From: Amphiscolops sp. MND2022
Lineage: Eukaryota
NCBI GenBank assembly: GCA_964187785.1
Contig: OZ076413.1
Coordinates: forward strand, 49,788,001-49,852,000
Length of the DNA: 64,000 nt
Reading direction: 5' to 3'
Position numbers and translations under genes: made by a program. Below are positions 24,047 to 34,376 of the stretch, piece by piece. The notes under the pieces were generated by a model. That model did no database searches, was not told the origin of the DNA, and saw only the letters and a program-made list of their open reading frames with translations. Numbering within the stretch: position 1 is the stretch's first letter; every line of letters begins with the position of its first letter.

Positions 24047-25267
24047 AAGTATAATGATTATTGCTTGCAGAGCTATAGAAATAATTATCAAGGTGAAGGA
24101 GCCGGTGCGGAAGCTAACGCGGAAGCTACCGCGAAAGCTACCACGGAAGCTAACGCGGTCAATTGGTTTCAGAAAACACGAATTTATAAAGTAATCACAA
24201 ATTCTATGTTTATTGTATGTTTAATTATATTTATAGGTATTATTGTTGTAATATATTGGAATTATATTCGCCCAAGACAGTTTAAAACACTTTATAAAAA
24301 ACTACTACAATTTGCAGGGTTCAAATACTCTCATCTGACAAACCAGGAACGTGAAAGCTGTCACGAACAAGAAGCTATAGGTGAAACTCCACACAACAAT
24401 AACTCTCATTGCAACGCGCATTTCATAATCTATTGTAGAAGTGGCTCTGGGAAGACAAGTGTTTTAAAGCTTTATTTGGCACAACATCCCCATGACAGCT
24501 CCCGCGATAGCTCACGCAGTTATTTAGTATTCGGGCGAGATGAACGTGAGTTTCCCTCTCAAAATTTTGTACCACTACTGCAGTTGGAGAAAGTTAGTAT
24601 TGAACAACTTGCTAATAAAACGGTAATACTGGATGATGCAGGTGCATACAAAAGTCTTAAAACAAAAGTAGAAGACTTGTTCCGGTTTGGTAGACACATG
24701 GGGATTCAAGTAATTTATCTCGCTCACTATGCAAAGGATGTTCTTCCAATCGTGAGGGAAAACTGTCACAAAATATTTCTACCAATTAATAACCCAGATA
24801 ATTTCTTCGAGTCGATTGTACAAACTTATTCAATCAAGGAGTTAGTGTGGAAATACTACCGCGATCTGTTAGAATATGGTATAATTGAATTTGACACAAG
24901 GAGTCAGAAATACAAGGTATTAAACAACAAGTACAAGTTAATTTATGATTCGAGCAAACGAAGTAAATGGGGTCCAGAACAACTTGTTGCTTGTGAAAGT
25001 TACTTTTTCACTGGTGATGAATACAACAGATTGAAGATATTTTTAGAGAAAATGTCCGACCAGACAATTGAAATAACACCACTCAACATAGCCTTTTATT
25101 ATGTAGCCTATTGCAAACAAAATAATATTAAAGTAAATGAATCCAAAATAGACAACTACGTTGAGAGTATGCAAAAACCACTAATTAGTGACTCAGTTAA
25201 AGAGGACTTTAAAAATTTAATTTATGATCATGCAAAAAGTTTTACTAAAAATAAACTGAGTAATTAA
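24047..25267 (+). CDS. A32/FtsK-like packaging ATPase 1 with an N-terminal transmembrane helix
   Basis: Walker A CRSGSGKT (first G probably mutated to C), Walker B VILDD, FRFGRH. TM segment MFIVCLIIFIGIIVVIYW. In-frame TAAAAG at 24044-24049 looks like a mutated TAAATG start. Confidence 0.85.
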   Translation, partial: KYNDYCLQSYRNNYQGEGAGAEANAEATAKATTEANAVNWFQKTRIYKVITNSMFIVCLIIFIGIIVVIYWNYIRPRQFKTLYKKLLQFAGFKYSHLTNQERESCHEQEAIGETPHNNNSHCNAHFIIYCRSGSGKTSVLKLYLAQHPHDSSRDSSRSYLVFGRDEREFPSQNFVPLLQLEKVSIEQLANKTVILDDAGAYKSLKTKVEDLFRFGRHMGIQVIYLAHYAKDVLPIVRENCHKIFLPINNPDNFFESIVQTYSIKELVWKYYRDLLEYGIIEFDTRSQKYKVLNNKYKLIYDSSKRSKWGPEQLVACESYFFTGDEYNRLKIFLEKMSDQTIEITPLNIAFYYVAYCKQNNIKVNESKIDNYVESMQKPLISDSVKEDFKNLIYDHAKSFTKNKLSN

Positions 25268-25601
25268 CAAGAAATTAACAAAAAAAATTAACAAAAAATT
25301 TAACAAAAAATATAGTGATTCTTGGAGAAGTTTAGAGAAATTTAGAGATTCTTAGAGGAATTTAGCGATCTCTAAATTTCTCTAAATATCACTAAGGTTT
25401 CACTAAGTGTCTCTAAGAGCTTTTTTTTCACTAAATTTCACTATACTCTTTGATCTTAGAGAAATAAATACTCTTAGAGACACTTAGTGAAACCTTAGTG
25501 ATTTAGTGAATTTGGCTTAGTGATTACATAGAGGAATTTAGTGATTACATAGTGATAACATAGTGATTATTAGCGGAATTTAGTGATTTTTTACTAAATA
25601 A

Positions 25602-26106
25602 ATGAATTGCTTAATTTGTAAAAAAAGTAGTGAAAAAAGTTTGTGTGATGATTGTAGTAATAAAAAAAGATGTAAAGACTGTAATACATCAAAATCCAAT
25701 ACAAATTTCTACATCTACAAAAACGGTAAAATGTATAGTACATGCATTCAATGTTTTATTAAAAAGGTGAGGTGTGAATTTTGTAATAAGGAATAAAATA
25801 AGAGTTATTTAAGGTCACACGTCAAGAAGCAACACTTGTATCAGCATTATAATCGCGCAGCTTTGCAAGATGATAAACACACAACTGCGCAGCTTCGAGA
25901 TAGCTTTCGCGATAGCTCTCGCACACAGCTTTGTGATAGCTCCCGCGATAGCTTCCGCGATAGCTCCCGCGATAGCTCCCGCACAAATATTAATGCTGGG
26001 GGTGACTTGCTTCCCGCGCAGGGCTATTCGCGACAGCTATCACGAAAGCTACCGCAGCTTCGCGATAGCTTTCGCGATAGCTACCGCACACACAATAATA
26101 ATGATG

Positions 26107-26139
<33 letters not shown>

Positions 26140-26771
26140 CGGAAGCTAACGCTAATGATGATAATAATAAGTGTAATAGAACATTAATAGTTGGTCCATC
26201 ATTTTGTGGTAAGACTCATTTGTTGTTGAATAAATTACGATTGATTCGTTTGGAAGATCCAGAGAAACAAATTCGTATCTTTACAAGGAGTCCGGAACAA
26301 TATGAGGATGTGAAACTAGATTCAGAACTAGGAGATATTGAAGTGGAAGAAAATGTGGGGGATTTGGAAGAGTATAGGGGGTGTTGTGTAGTATTTGATG
26401 ATATGTTAGACTCCAACCAGAAATTGATTGATCCATTTTTTATTAGGGGAAGACACAAATCTTGTGATGTTTATTATTTATGCCAGAGTTATTTTGATGC
26501 ACCAAAAAAGACAGTTAGAAACAATTCGAATATTATAATTTTATTTCAACAAACACTGAAAGATGTAGAACATATTCATAGGGACATATCAGGTTTTAAT
26601 ATGTCTTATGAGGAATTCAAATGTTTGTGTAGAGAGGCATGGAACGAAAAATTCAATTATTTATTAATAAACAGATTGATAGATAAAAATGGGAGTAGGT
26701 ACAGGATTTGTATTGAATCTAATCCAAATTACAAGATCTTTAATCCACAAACTGATCCTTTAAGTAATTGA
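25602..26771 (+). pseudogene. Zinc-finger plus A32-like packaging ATPase 2 fusion, one nonsense codon at 25794-25796
   Basis: ORFs at 25602 and 25836 are in frame, and reading through TAA completes a C2H2 finger (CEFCNKE*NKSYLRSHVKKQH). Walker A GPSFCGKT, Walker B VVFDD, FIRGRH, LCQSYF..PKKTVRNN. Confidence 0.85.
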
Positions 26772-27832
26772 GGGGCTTTGTGAGGAGATCAAGTTGCTTC
26801 GCAAGGCACTACGCATATTTTGGTGTTGAGAAGGTGATATGCATTCATACTCTAATAGTTTATCTACAATTGCCATGATTTGTTCATTAATCAGAAAACT
26901 ATCATTTCCTCCATTTTTTTCAAAATAAAGTAGTTTCAATTGATCCACTAATTCATCTGGATCAGATGGGAGGAAAATGTACTGTTGTGTGGAGCTTCGC
27001 GTGGAGTTTCGCGAAGTTTCACCATTTAATCCACTTCCTGTGAAGCCCTGCAATTGGCTTCTTGATTGGCCCTGTGAATCATGTGCTTGTGTGTAGCCCT
27101 GCAATTGATAGCGAGAGTATAATTCTTTAATAAATTGATATCTGATTGATTTTTTATATCCATAATTTAGATCATATTTCATATCATTTAGGAAGGTACA
27201 AATTGAGTCCCAGCTATTTATTGGTTTGTCAAATTGTGTATTAGTTATAAAATATTGAAGATCTGGGTCACTAAGATCGTATGAATTCCCATTCTCGAAA
27301 GTCATTGTTGAACCTTTGATTAGTACTTGTTGTGGGTTATGGGGATTAATTGTGAATAAATTAGGATTGTATTGTGCGTTAGCTATCGCGAAGCTCTGTG
27401 TAATTGGTTCTAAACTAAATTGACTTTTGTTTTTGTCATTAAGTAAATTAGAAACTGTTTTTACAATACTAGAATCAACCTGGTTGGAATTAACAAGACT
27501 TGTAAGAAGCTGATTGTTATGTTTGTAATTTCATTATATTGTTTTATTCCTTCTTTAATAGAATTTTGAAGAGTATTATTATTGTGTTCTATTGCTCTTG
27601 TCTGATTTTCAATTGCTTGTGTAACCCCTTGGGTTTGTTTGTCAATGGCTTGTAGTTGCTTTTCATTTGATTCCACCTGCTTTGTAGTAACAGGTTCAAA
27701 AACTTCTTCAAGGTCGTAATGAAAGTCTTGCTTCCCTAGTTTCTCTTTTAATCTTTCTTTGCGTAGTAAAGATTTTGTTTCTTGTAATTTTTTTAATTTT
27801 TCCAAGTCATCTCGGGTGTGAATTGAATACAT
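26760..27832 (-). pseudogene. Polinton conserved hypothetical (probable virion core) protein, frameshifted
   Basis: N-terminal coiled coil with VFEPVT and C-terminal GSG...FLPSDPDELVDQLKLL...GGND motif, which I recognise from animal Polintons. Starts at TAAATG. Split into ORFs 27461-27832 and 26760-27305. Confidence 0.65.
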
Positions 27833-27845
27833 TTATTAAGTATAT

Positions 27846-28343
27846 TTAGCGGATTTTCCCCAGATACAGGCCTTTACTATTAGTTCTTGCTTTTCTGTTT
27901 GTGTTGCCGCTTGCGTTACCTGCTTTGCTGCCTCTACTCGACAAACCTTCAGCTTTGTATAGACTTTTCCCTTGATGAACAAATTTAATAACGTCGGGGG
28001 CAGTTGCAGCAATTAATCGTGGATTTTTACTTGCTGCTGCAGTTCCAATATTTGCTGCTATTTCTAGTGCACGGCCTGGGTTATTGAGTTTTTTCTTTCC
28101 AACGTTTTTGGCTGCAGAACCCAAATGTTTAAAGAAGTCGCCCAATCCTTCCGCATTTATTGTTCGGTCAGATACAATTAAACTCTTATTTCTGCTACAT
28201 ATCATGCAGTTGCCACGTAATATTTTTACGGGCCTACTCATGGATATCCCAGTGTTTGTAATATCTCCATAAATATCTGTGGTGGGAGAATAATGTTTTC
28301 CACCAACACAATATGAATTATTTATAAATTTATTAAAACTCAT
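27846..28343 (-). CDS. Small basic Polinton protein with a Cys motif and an amphipathic helix
   Basis: YCVGGKH...GNCMICSRNKS, then AEGLGDFFKHLGSAAKNVGKK. Starts at TAAATG. Confidence 0.7.
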   Translation of the reverse strand: MSFNKFINNSYCVGGKHYSPTTDIYGDITNTGISMSRPVKILRGNCMICSRNKSLIVSDRTINAEGLGDFFKHLGSAAKNVGKKKLNNPGRALEIAANIGTAAASKNPRLIAATAPDVIKFVHQGKSLYKAEGLSSRGSKAGNASGNTNRKARTNSKGLYLGKIR

Positions 28344-28397
28344 TTATTAGAAAAAAATTTTCATTTTTTCCTAGCTTCGCATTAGTATTAAATCCTA

Positions 28398-29411
28398 TCA
28401 TATTTTGATAATTTGAATTGTGAAGGTGAGTGTTTCCCCGTTGAAATCAACTGAATCATGATTAGAGTCCTCAAGGAAAAATTGAATGGCGTCCAGTCGT
28501 GTTTTGTTTATCAACTTGTACAAAGCAGTTGTGGGTTCTTTTATAATTTTATATCCGGGAAGTGCGCTTAAATTGAAAGAAAATAAAATTTGTTCTCGTA
28601 TACCATTAACAATTGAACCATCTACGCAGTCGCACTTCAGATGAACTTTGTCGGTGGTTGTTATCATGGCTGGTTTTTCTGAAGTGTGAGTTCCAGGTGG
28701 GTACACTGTGTGTGTAAAGCCCAGGACTTTGTTAAGTTCGAAGTTAAAATGAATAGGGTTTGAGGTTGTTAAAAGTGATTTCATTGATATTGTGTCGGGT
28801 ATTATGTTGAATTTAAAATCATAATCACTTTCATTAATTATTTGTTTTATGGAAGCATTGATATCAACTAATTCATATGCTCCTGGTGTTAGTTGTATTC
28901 CAAAGGAATCATGTTCAATTTCAAAGTCAGGAATATGTATTTGTTGATCAGGATAGTTAAAAACTTCAATTAATTCCTTGAGTTGGTTAAAGTCTTTTCT
29001 AGTAAGTTTTTTCTTCTTTTTAGTATAACTATTAGTTATAAGTGTATTAGTTTTTTCTATAAATTTATCATCAGATGTTTCATACAAATCCTTTATTTTT
29101 GGCACTAATTCAGTGTCAACTCTATGCTCTTCGAGTTGTTGTTTTGTTAGAAGAATTTCAAGTTTGTTATTCTTTTCAGTAATGTTATATACAGTGTTGT
29201 AATCTTCTGAACTTGTTACTCCCATCATCCATTTTTCAGGCAGTAGTAATGAAACATCGAATGAGAAAGATTCTTTTTGTTTAGTCATTTTAAATTCTAG
29301 AGTTTCTTGTGGTTTAGAATGAGTATTTTCAACAAGTTCTTGATTAGATTTTGCAATACTTAAAAGAAGAGATTCTTTTTTATCATAAGTTACAAAGCTT
29401 GATAGATCCTT
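28398..29411 (-). CDS. Minor capsid protein (penton, single jelly-roll)
   Basis: WMMGVTS, YNITEKNN, LTPGAYE, LNKVLGF, VHLKCDCVDGSIVNG..EQILFSF, PGYKI..P, DFNGETLTF. The real start is probably MDLSSF, at a TAAATG that has lost one T. Confidence 0.75.
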   Translation of the reverse strand, partial: KDLSSFVTYDKKESLLLSIAKSNQELVENTHSKPQETLEFKMTKQKESFSFDVSLLLPEKWMMGVTSSEDYNTVYNITEKNNKLEILLTKQQLEEHRVDTELVPKIKDLYETSDDKFIEKTNTLITNSYTKKKKKLTRKDFNQLKELIEVFNYPDQQIHIPDFEIEHDSFGIQLTPGAYELVDINASIKQIINESDYDFKFNIIPDTISMKSLLTTSNPIHFNFELNKVLGFTHTVYPPGTHTSEKPAMITTTDKVHLKCDCVDGSIVNGIREQILFSFNLSALPGYKIIKEPTTALYKLINKTRLDAIQFFLEDSNHDSVDFNGETLTFTIQIIKI

Positions 29412-29424
29412 TATTAGAAAAAAA

Positions 29425-29637
29425 TCATGCTTGAAATTGTTTGAATCCACTAGCGGAAATGTTATTTATAAAATCTTGCCTATCTTTTGATAATGTTTTC
29501 TTATGCAATTTTGTTGTATTTTTTCCATGATTTTGATTTTGATTGTGAAGCTGTTCTGTGAAAATTTGTGCGTTAGCTGTCGCGAAGCTGTGCGAGATAA
29601 TTTTATATTGAGCTGAATAATTATTAATTTTCTTCAT
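29425..29637 (-). CDS. Small hypothetical Polinton protein (70 aa)
   Basis: Starts at TAAATG and is tightly packed between the protease and penton genes. Confidence 0.55.
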   Translation of the reverse strand: MKKINNYSAQYKIISHSFATANAQIFTEQLHNQNQNHGKNTTKLHKKTLSKDRQDFINNISASGFKQFQA

Positions 29638-29644
29638 TTATTAT

Positions 29645-30058
29645 TCATAAATTTTGGTAGTATAAATTTAGAACTGCATTTTTGAACCCAATTTTATTTG
29701 TGAGATACAGTGTGTATAAACAATACGCCGCGCAATAACTGTCGTTGGTCTGAATTTGATATTCTGAATAAATACCTTTCTTAATGAAACTCATTATGTT
29801 TAGTGGGGGTGGGCATCCATATGAATCAAAATAATTTTGATATGTAAAAATAACCCAATGTGTTCCCACAGAGGGATGTAAGTTAACGATACCACTGGTA
29901 GTGTTAAACTTATCATCTCTCATGTATATTCCACACGGAATATTTCATTCGTTGGAGGCACCAAGCCTATCAAGAATTTCTTTTATTTTTACATTAGAAG
30001 TTGCTTCGTTTTTTAGTCCGTATTTTTCAACAAATTCTTTGAATGATAAATAGTTCAT
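29645..30058 (-). pseudogene. Adenain-like (C5) cysteine maturation protease, frameshifted near the N-terminus
   Basis: GIVNL...GTHWV, YFDSYG.PP, QIQ...SYCAAYCLY (His-Asp-Gln-Cys). Upstream start TAAATG-NYLSFKEF at 30058. Confidence 0.9.
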
Positions 30059-30148
30059 TTATTAGTTATTTTTCATTGTTATGTGTGAATACTCATTGCT
30101 TTTACATTGCGAAGCCGGCATTGCATTGCTTCTACATTGCTTTGGTAA

Positions 30149-30349
30149 AAAAACCATTGTTTTTAAACTGCTTAAAATCAATGGTTTTGGCGTAGCTTCG
30201 CGGACTTTTAATTTTGGGGTTTTTGTGGCCCGAATAAAAAAACCACTGATTTTAATGATATGTTTTCTAAAAGTACTTAAAATCAATGGTTTTGAGGACT
30301 TTAAATTTTTGGGGTTTTTGTGGCCCGTCTCGGGATTTCCCATACTACT
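30149..30349 (-). repeat. Right terminal inverted repeat of the Polinton
   Basis: Reverse complement of 16727-16927, followed by the TSD GACTAA. Confidence 0.95.
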
Positions 30350-30929
30350 GACTAATGAAACGCATCTTGCAAAGATTCAAAGTTAGCCTCAGCCAACTCA
30401 CACTATAATCAACTGTAAAATTTTTGCATTGGCCAAAATATGAATCAAACCTTAGAACAAACAGGAAAATTTTGCACTGAACATAACAGGTGATTCACAG
30501 CCTTTCCGAAGACATTGTTAGAAACTGCCCAACATTTTAAAGTGAAGGTTATGAAAACTTGTATTGGACAATTAAGAAACAAAGGTTTTGGATACTGGTA
30601 TTAGACGCTTTAGCAGTCGTCAAAAAAGGAGCATTGTGAGAAAAGTGAGTTTTTAACATAGAACCTCTAGCAATTTTGTGGCCATTTTGGGGCACTTTTT
30701 CTCTAGGTAAATGAAATATCTCGATGAATACACTGCAAATTATTTTTGTGGCATTTGATTTCTGTGGAGGAAACTTGATCGGGAGAAAACAGGCAGAATG
30801 AGATGGAAAAATACAGAATAGTAGCTTTTTCCTACTTGAATTTTTTTGCAACATGCTAGAAGGTACGTGTCGCTCTAGATTTTAGAACAGAGCTGCGAGG
30901 ACGTGTCTGGGTATTGTAATCTGGTAGTG

Positions 30930-31235
30930 AATTTTTGAAATTATCGATTCAATCTATTGACAAAAAGGCATTATCAGCACTAATTTTATCGAAATTTCAA
31001 TGGAATCACAGGGAAGTTTTCTGAAAGCCTCAGGAAAGCAAGTATTTGTCTATCAATGTTACAAATATGTCCGTCATGTATATATACATGACGGACATAT
31101 TTGTAACATTGATAGACAAATACTTGCTTTCCTGAGGCTTTCAGAAAACTTCCCTGTGATTCCATTGAAATTTCGATAAAATTAGTGCTGATAATGCCTT
31201 TTTGTCAATAGATTGAATCGATAATTTCAAAAATT
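30930..31235. repeat. Perfect 306-bp palindrome (153-bp arms, no spacer)
   Basis: Centre CATGTATA|TATACATG between 31082 and 31083; the arms pair outward to 30930/31235. Confidence 0.95.
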
Positions 31236-31237
31236 TC

Positions 31238-31356
31238 ACGTAAGTGAAAAAATTAGAAACGTATAAAATCAATAGCATATCGGCTCTGAATTAATTAAAT
31301 TAATTCAGAGCCGATATGCTATTGATTTTATACGTTTCTAATTTTTTCACTTACGT
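31238..31356. repeat. Perfect 119-bp palindrome (59-bp arms, 1-nt loop)
   Basis: Centre GAATTAATT-A-AATTAATTC at 31297. Confidence 0.95.
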
Positions 31357-32894
31357 TTCATCCTCTCTTAATTGCCATGATTTGTTTTGTCCCTGAAATT
31401 TGTAATTCAGCTTCAGTTTTTGACGCCTTCGTATTGAACGCAGTAATGGATTGTCTCAAAATTACAATATTTAAAAAACAATCAAGTAAGAGTTGGCGAC
31501 CATTATTTGCTAATACGTCATCAATTTCAGTCATCAAATTTCACCAATAGTTTAGTTCAACTGGAACCCATCAAAACAGTCGAGGTAGGCAATGTGTTTT
31601 AAAGATAATATAGAGTAACTTTAACATTTCGAAAATGCAACAGTTGGAACAAAAAATGAGCGAACGATTCGAGTATTCTGAAGTGAAAAAATATACAATA
31701 TAAGCATCAGCCAGTTAATTCAATTGACAAGAATTTTTCAAGAACTGCAAGTTTCAATTCTTGTCGATTACAAATTGTAATCCGCAGAAATAGAAACTTT
31801 CATTTCTTGAAGACTTAAGCCACATAAATTTTTTCGGCAAGTTTTTTTGGAACATTTTAGAATTAACAAAACGGTTCTCACTTAGTTTTTTTGAAGTTTT
31901 TAGTTTGCAAGAAGCCCTTTTAAGAACAAAGGGTTTCCGTTTGGTTTTTTGCTCAATCAGTAAAATACACCTTGAAGCCCTCAATCTGTTTTTCGGCACT
32001 GATATAATTTCCAGACGCTTCATGAAAATAGCTTTTCAGAATATTTGAATGACAGAAACAGCTTGTAAACCTCCCTTGTAGTTGTTTTGGTGACACTAGG
32101 ATTTTTAGAACTTTTCCGGAAACAGTTCCCTAACAAAACGAAGTAATTTACGTTGCTTGAGCCTTAAACTTGGAACCGACTTAGAACGACTCATTATTTT
32201 TGCGCTGCTAGAACCGGTATTCCAATTTCACAAAGTCATTTCTGATACACCTTCAAAGCGTTAATTGTAAAAATTAAGTTTTTGCGTAAATTCTAGAAAA
32301 ACTCAACAGTGATCAAGCCAGAGTCCAGGTTAAAGAATTTTTGTGTTCCTTGATTGAGAGTGAGTGTTTGAACTGTACCATGTTTCTAAAATACATATTA
32401 GTATATTTTTGTCACTTCAGGTGTATCGAATTTTTTTTTTAAAAAAAACACTGACGAAAAGCCATGACTATAGTCGCCTCTTTTCAAGAAAAGCGCCGAC
32501 TAAAAATTGAAGGAACAAAAATCGAAGGGACCTTTTAGACTCGTCCAGTTTTGTAAAAGCATGAAAACGCTTCTGGGTAAAGCAGCGATTCGAAGCCGCG
32601 ACCGCTGTGTCCCCCTAAACCGATTAATATAAGTTACAATTTGAAACAGCTTATAAAACTTATAAAATCTGTCAGTTCGTTGGTCCTAAACATTTTTCAA
32701 AGAAAGTCACTACTACAGTCTGCTCTTTCTACAAAAAAGTCGACTAAAAATTGGTTCCGTTTTTTTTTGTTGGGCATGGAATGTTATTGTGGTTGCAGTG
32801 TACGAACCGGGCAAACACCTAGGCAATTTTTAGAATTTTGATAACTGTAAGTTTTCCAGAATTTCTTCGAATTATTCGTTCGTCCAAGGACGTA

Positions 32895-33689
32895 TCCCAG
32901 CGGTCGAAGACACGCTACGTTTGCCGAGATCATGGTTAATCTTGCTAAATCATGGTTAACCATGTTACCTTTGTCAAGGTCATGGCTAATCATGATACAT
33001 GGAACGCTTGTCAAGATCATAGCAAGATAACCAGAGTAAGAAATGTGAGCTGTTTCCAACTGTATTATTTATTCTTTTCATAAAAATTTCTTGTCATCTA
33101 CAATTTCTGAATAGGCCGTTGTGATAACTTCGGACTTAGCCTTTTTTTATCGAAACAAAGTTTTTTAAACTAAAAAGTATACAATACTTCTCAATAATTT
33201 GCTGCATCTATTAACCGAGTTTTGTTACTTGAGAGCACAGCACGGCATTGTTACTACTGTCATAAATTATCATACAAAGCAAACTCCGAATCAAGGGTAT
33301 TGCAATCAAGTTATATCAAGGGTTTGCAATATCGGTGTTAAAACCAACTTTTTAGCTATGATTTGTTAATCTTGCTAATACCTCACCTATTGAGGTACCG
33401 TGTTGAAATTACTGAAGTTCGAGAATACAATAGAAATCGGCGCTAAATAGAATTAGAAAAGAGGATTCACCAAAAAACGCAATTGCGACCATGGAATGCT
33501 TATCAAGAACATGGTTAATCTTGGCATCTCTACCGAAGATCATGGTAAAACATGGTACGCTTGGCACGATTTTGCATAATCATGGTATCCTTGGCAAGAT
33601 CTTGTTAAGATCATGGTAAGATCTTGGCAAGGCTAGCTAGCGATTTACCGTGGTTCTGGGCAAACGTACCATGTCTTCGATCGCTGGGA
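32895..33689. mobile_element. TA-flanked (Tc1/mariner-type) MITE with AAGATC/CATGG subterminal repeats
   Basis: TA|TCCCAGCGGTCGAAGACA ... TGTCTTCGATCGCTGGGA|TA. Confidence 0.7.
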
Positions 33690-34376
33690 TATCTGCTGTT
33701 GGTAAACAGTATTCTCATGAACAATCATTTTGGCGAAATACAATTTTTCGCAGCTATGTCTTGTGCAGCATTGGATAATGTGCTTTAATTCGCTTTTAGT
33801 ATTCACAATGTCCTCGGTGATGAGGTTGTTGATCAAGTATACGTGTATCAGAAGGCTGAAGCTTTTAATAGGTTTACGACAGTAATTTCGCTCTGGAATT
33901 AAATGGGCGTAAGGAGACGCTGACTTTAAGCTGGTTTTTCATCATAAGAAGTCAGTTTGAAGTTAAATTCTTGGTTGGTTCGTACATGAAAACGGTATTA
34001 TGCAAAAGGATCGTGGAACCAGACCAAGACTTTCTGGATATTCGGCATTTATCATTGAAACAGTTCTGTGTATGATTATTTCGTGTTCTGATTGTTGAGG
34101 TGAAAGTCTTGTGTATATCCTGATAATAGTTGCTAAGAATGGAGATAATCCTCAGATGAAATGTTAGGAGTTGGTTGAATATGTTGTTTTGAAGTCCAGA
34201 CTGTCTTGTCAGGGATATTGTTGATTTTTAAATAGCTTAATGTGTTACAATGTAATCCTCTGGTTTCATTTGAGTCTTCACCCTAACTAGGGCGTTTCGA
34301 GACATTCTCCTCAAGGCATTCTCTTGATGGTGTTTTTTTGCAATACCTGAATTTGACATTCGCTGTCTCGGAAGTG

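Larger units (their letters stand above)
16727..30349 (+). mobile_element. Complete Polinton/Maverick (adintovirus-like) endogenous element lacking an integrase gene
   Basis: Termini AGTAGT...ACTACT, 201-bp TIRs, 6-bp TSD GACTAA (16721-16726 and 30350-30355). Encodes pPolB, MCP, penton, protease and ATPases. Confidence 0.95.

Noticed and set aside
18583..30058. In-frame stops as an alternative genetic code or programmed readthrough
   Set aside because: The stops are of mixed type (TAA, TGA), replace different residues and occur alongside frameshifts, which fits neutral decay after integration.
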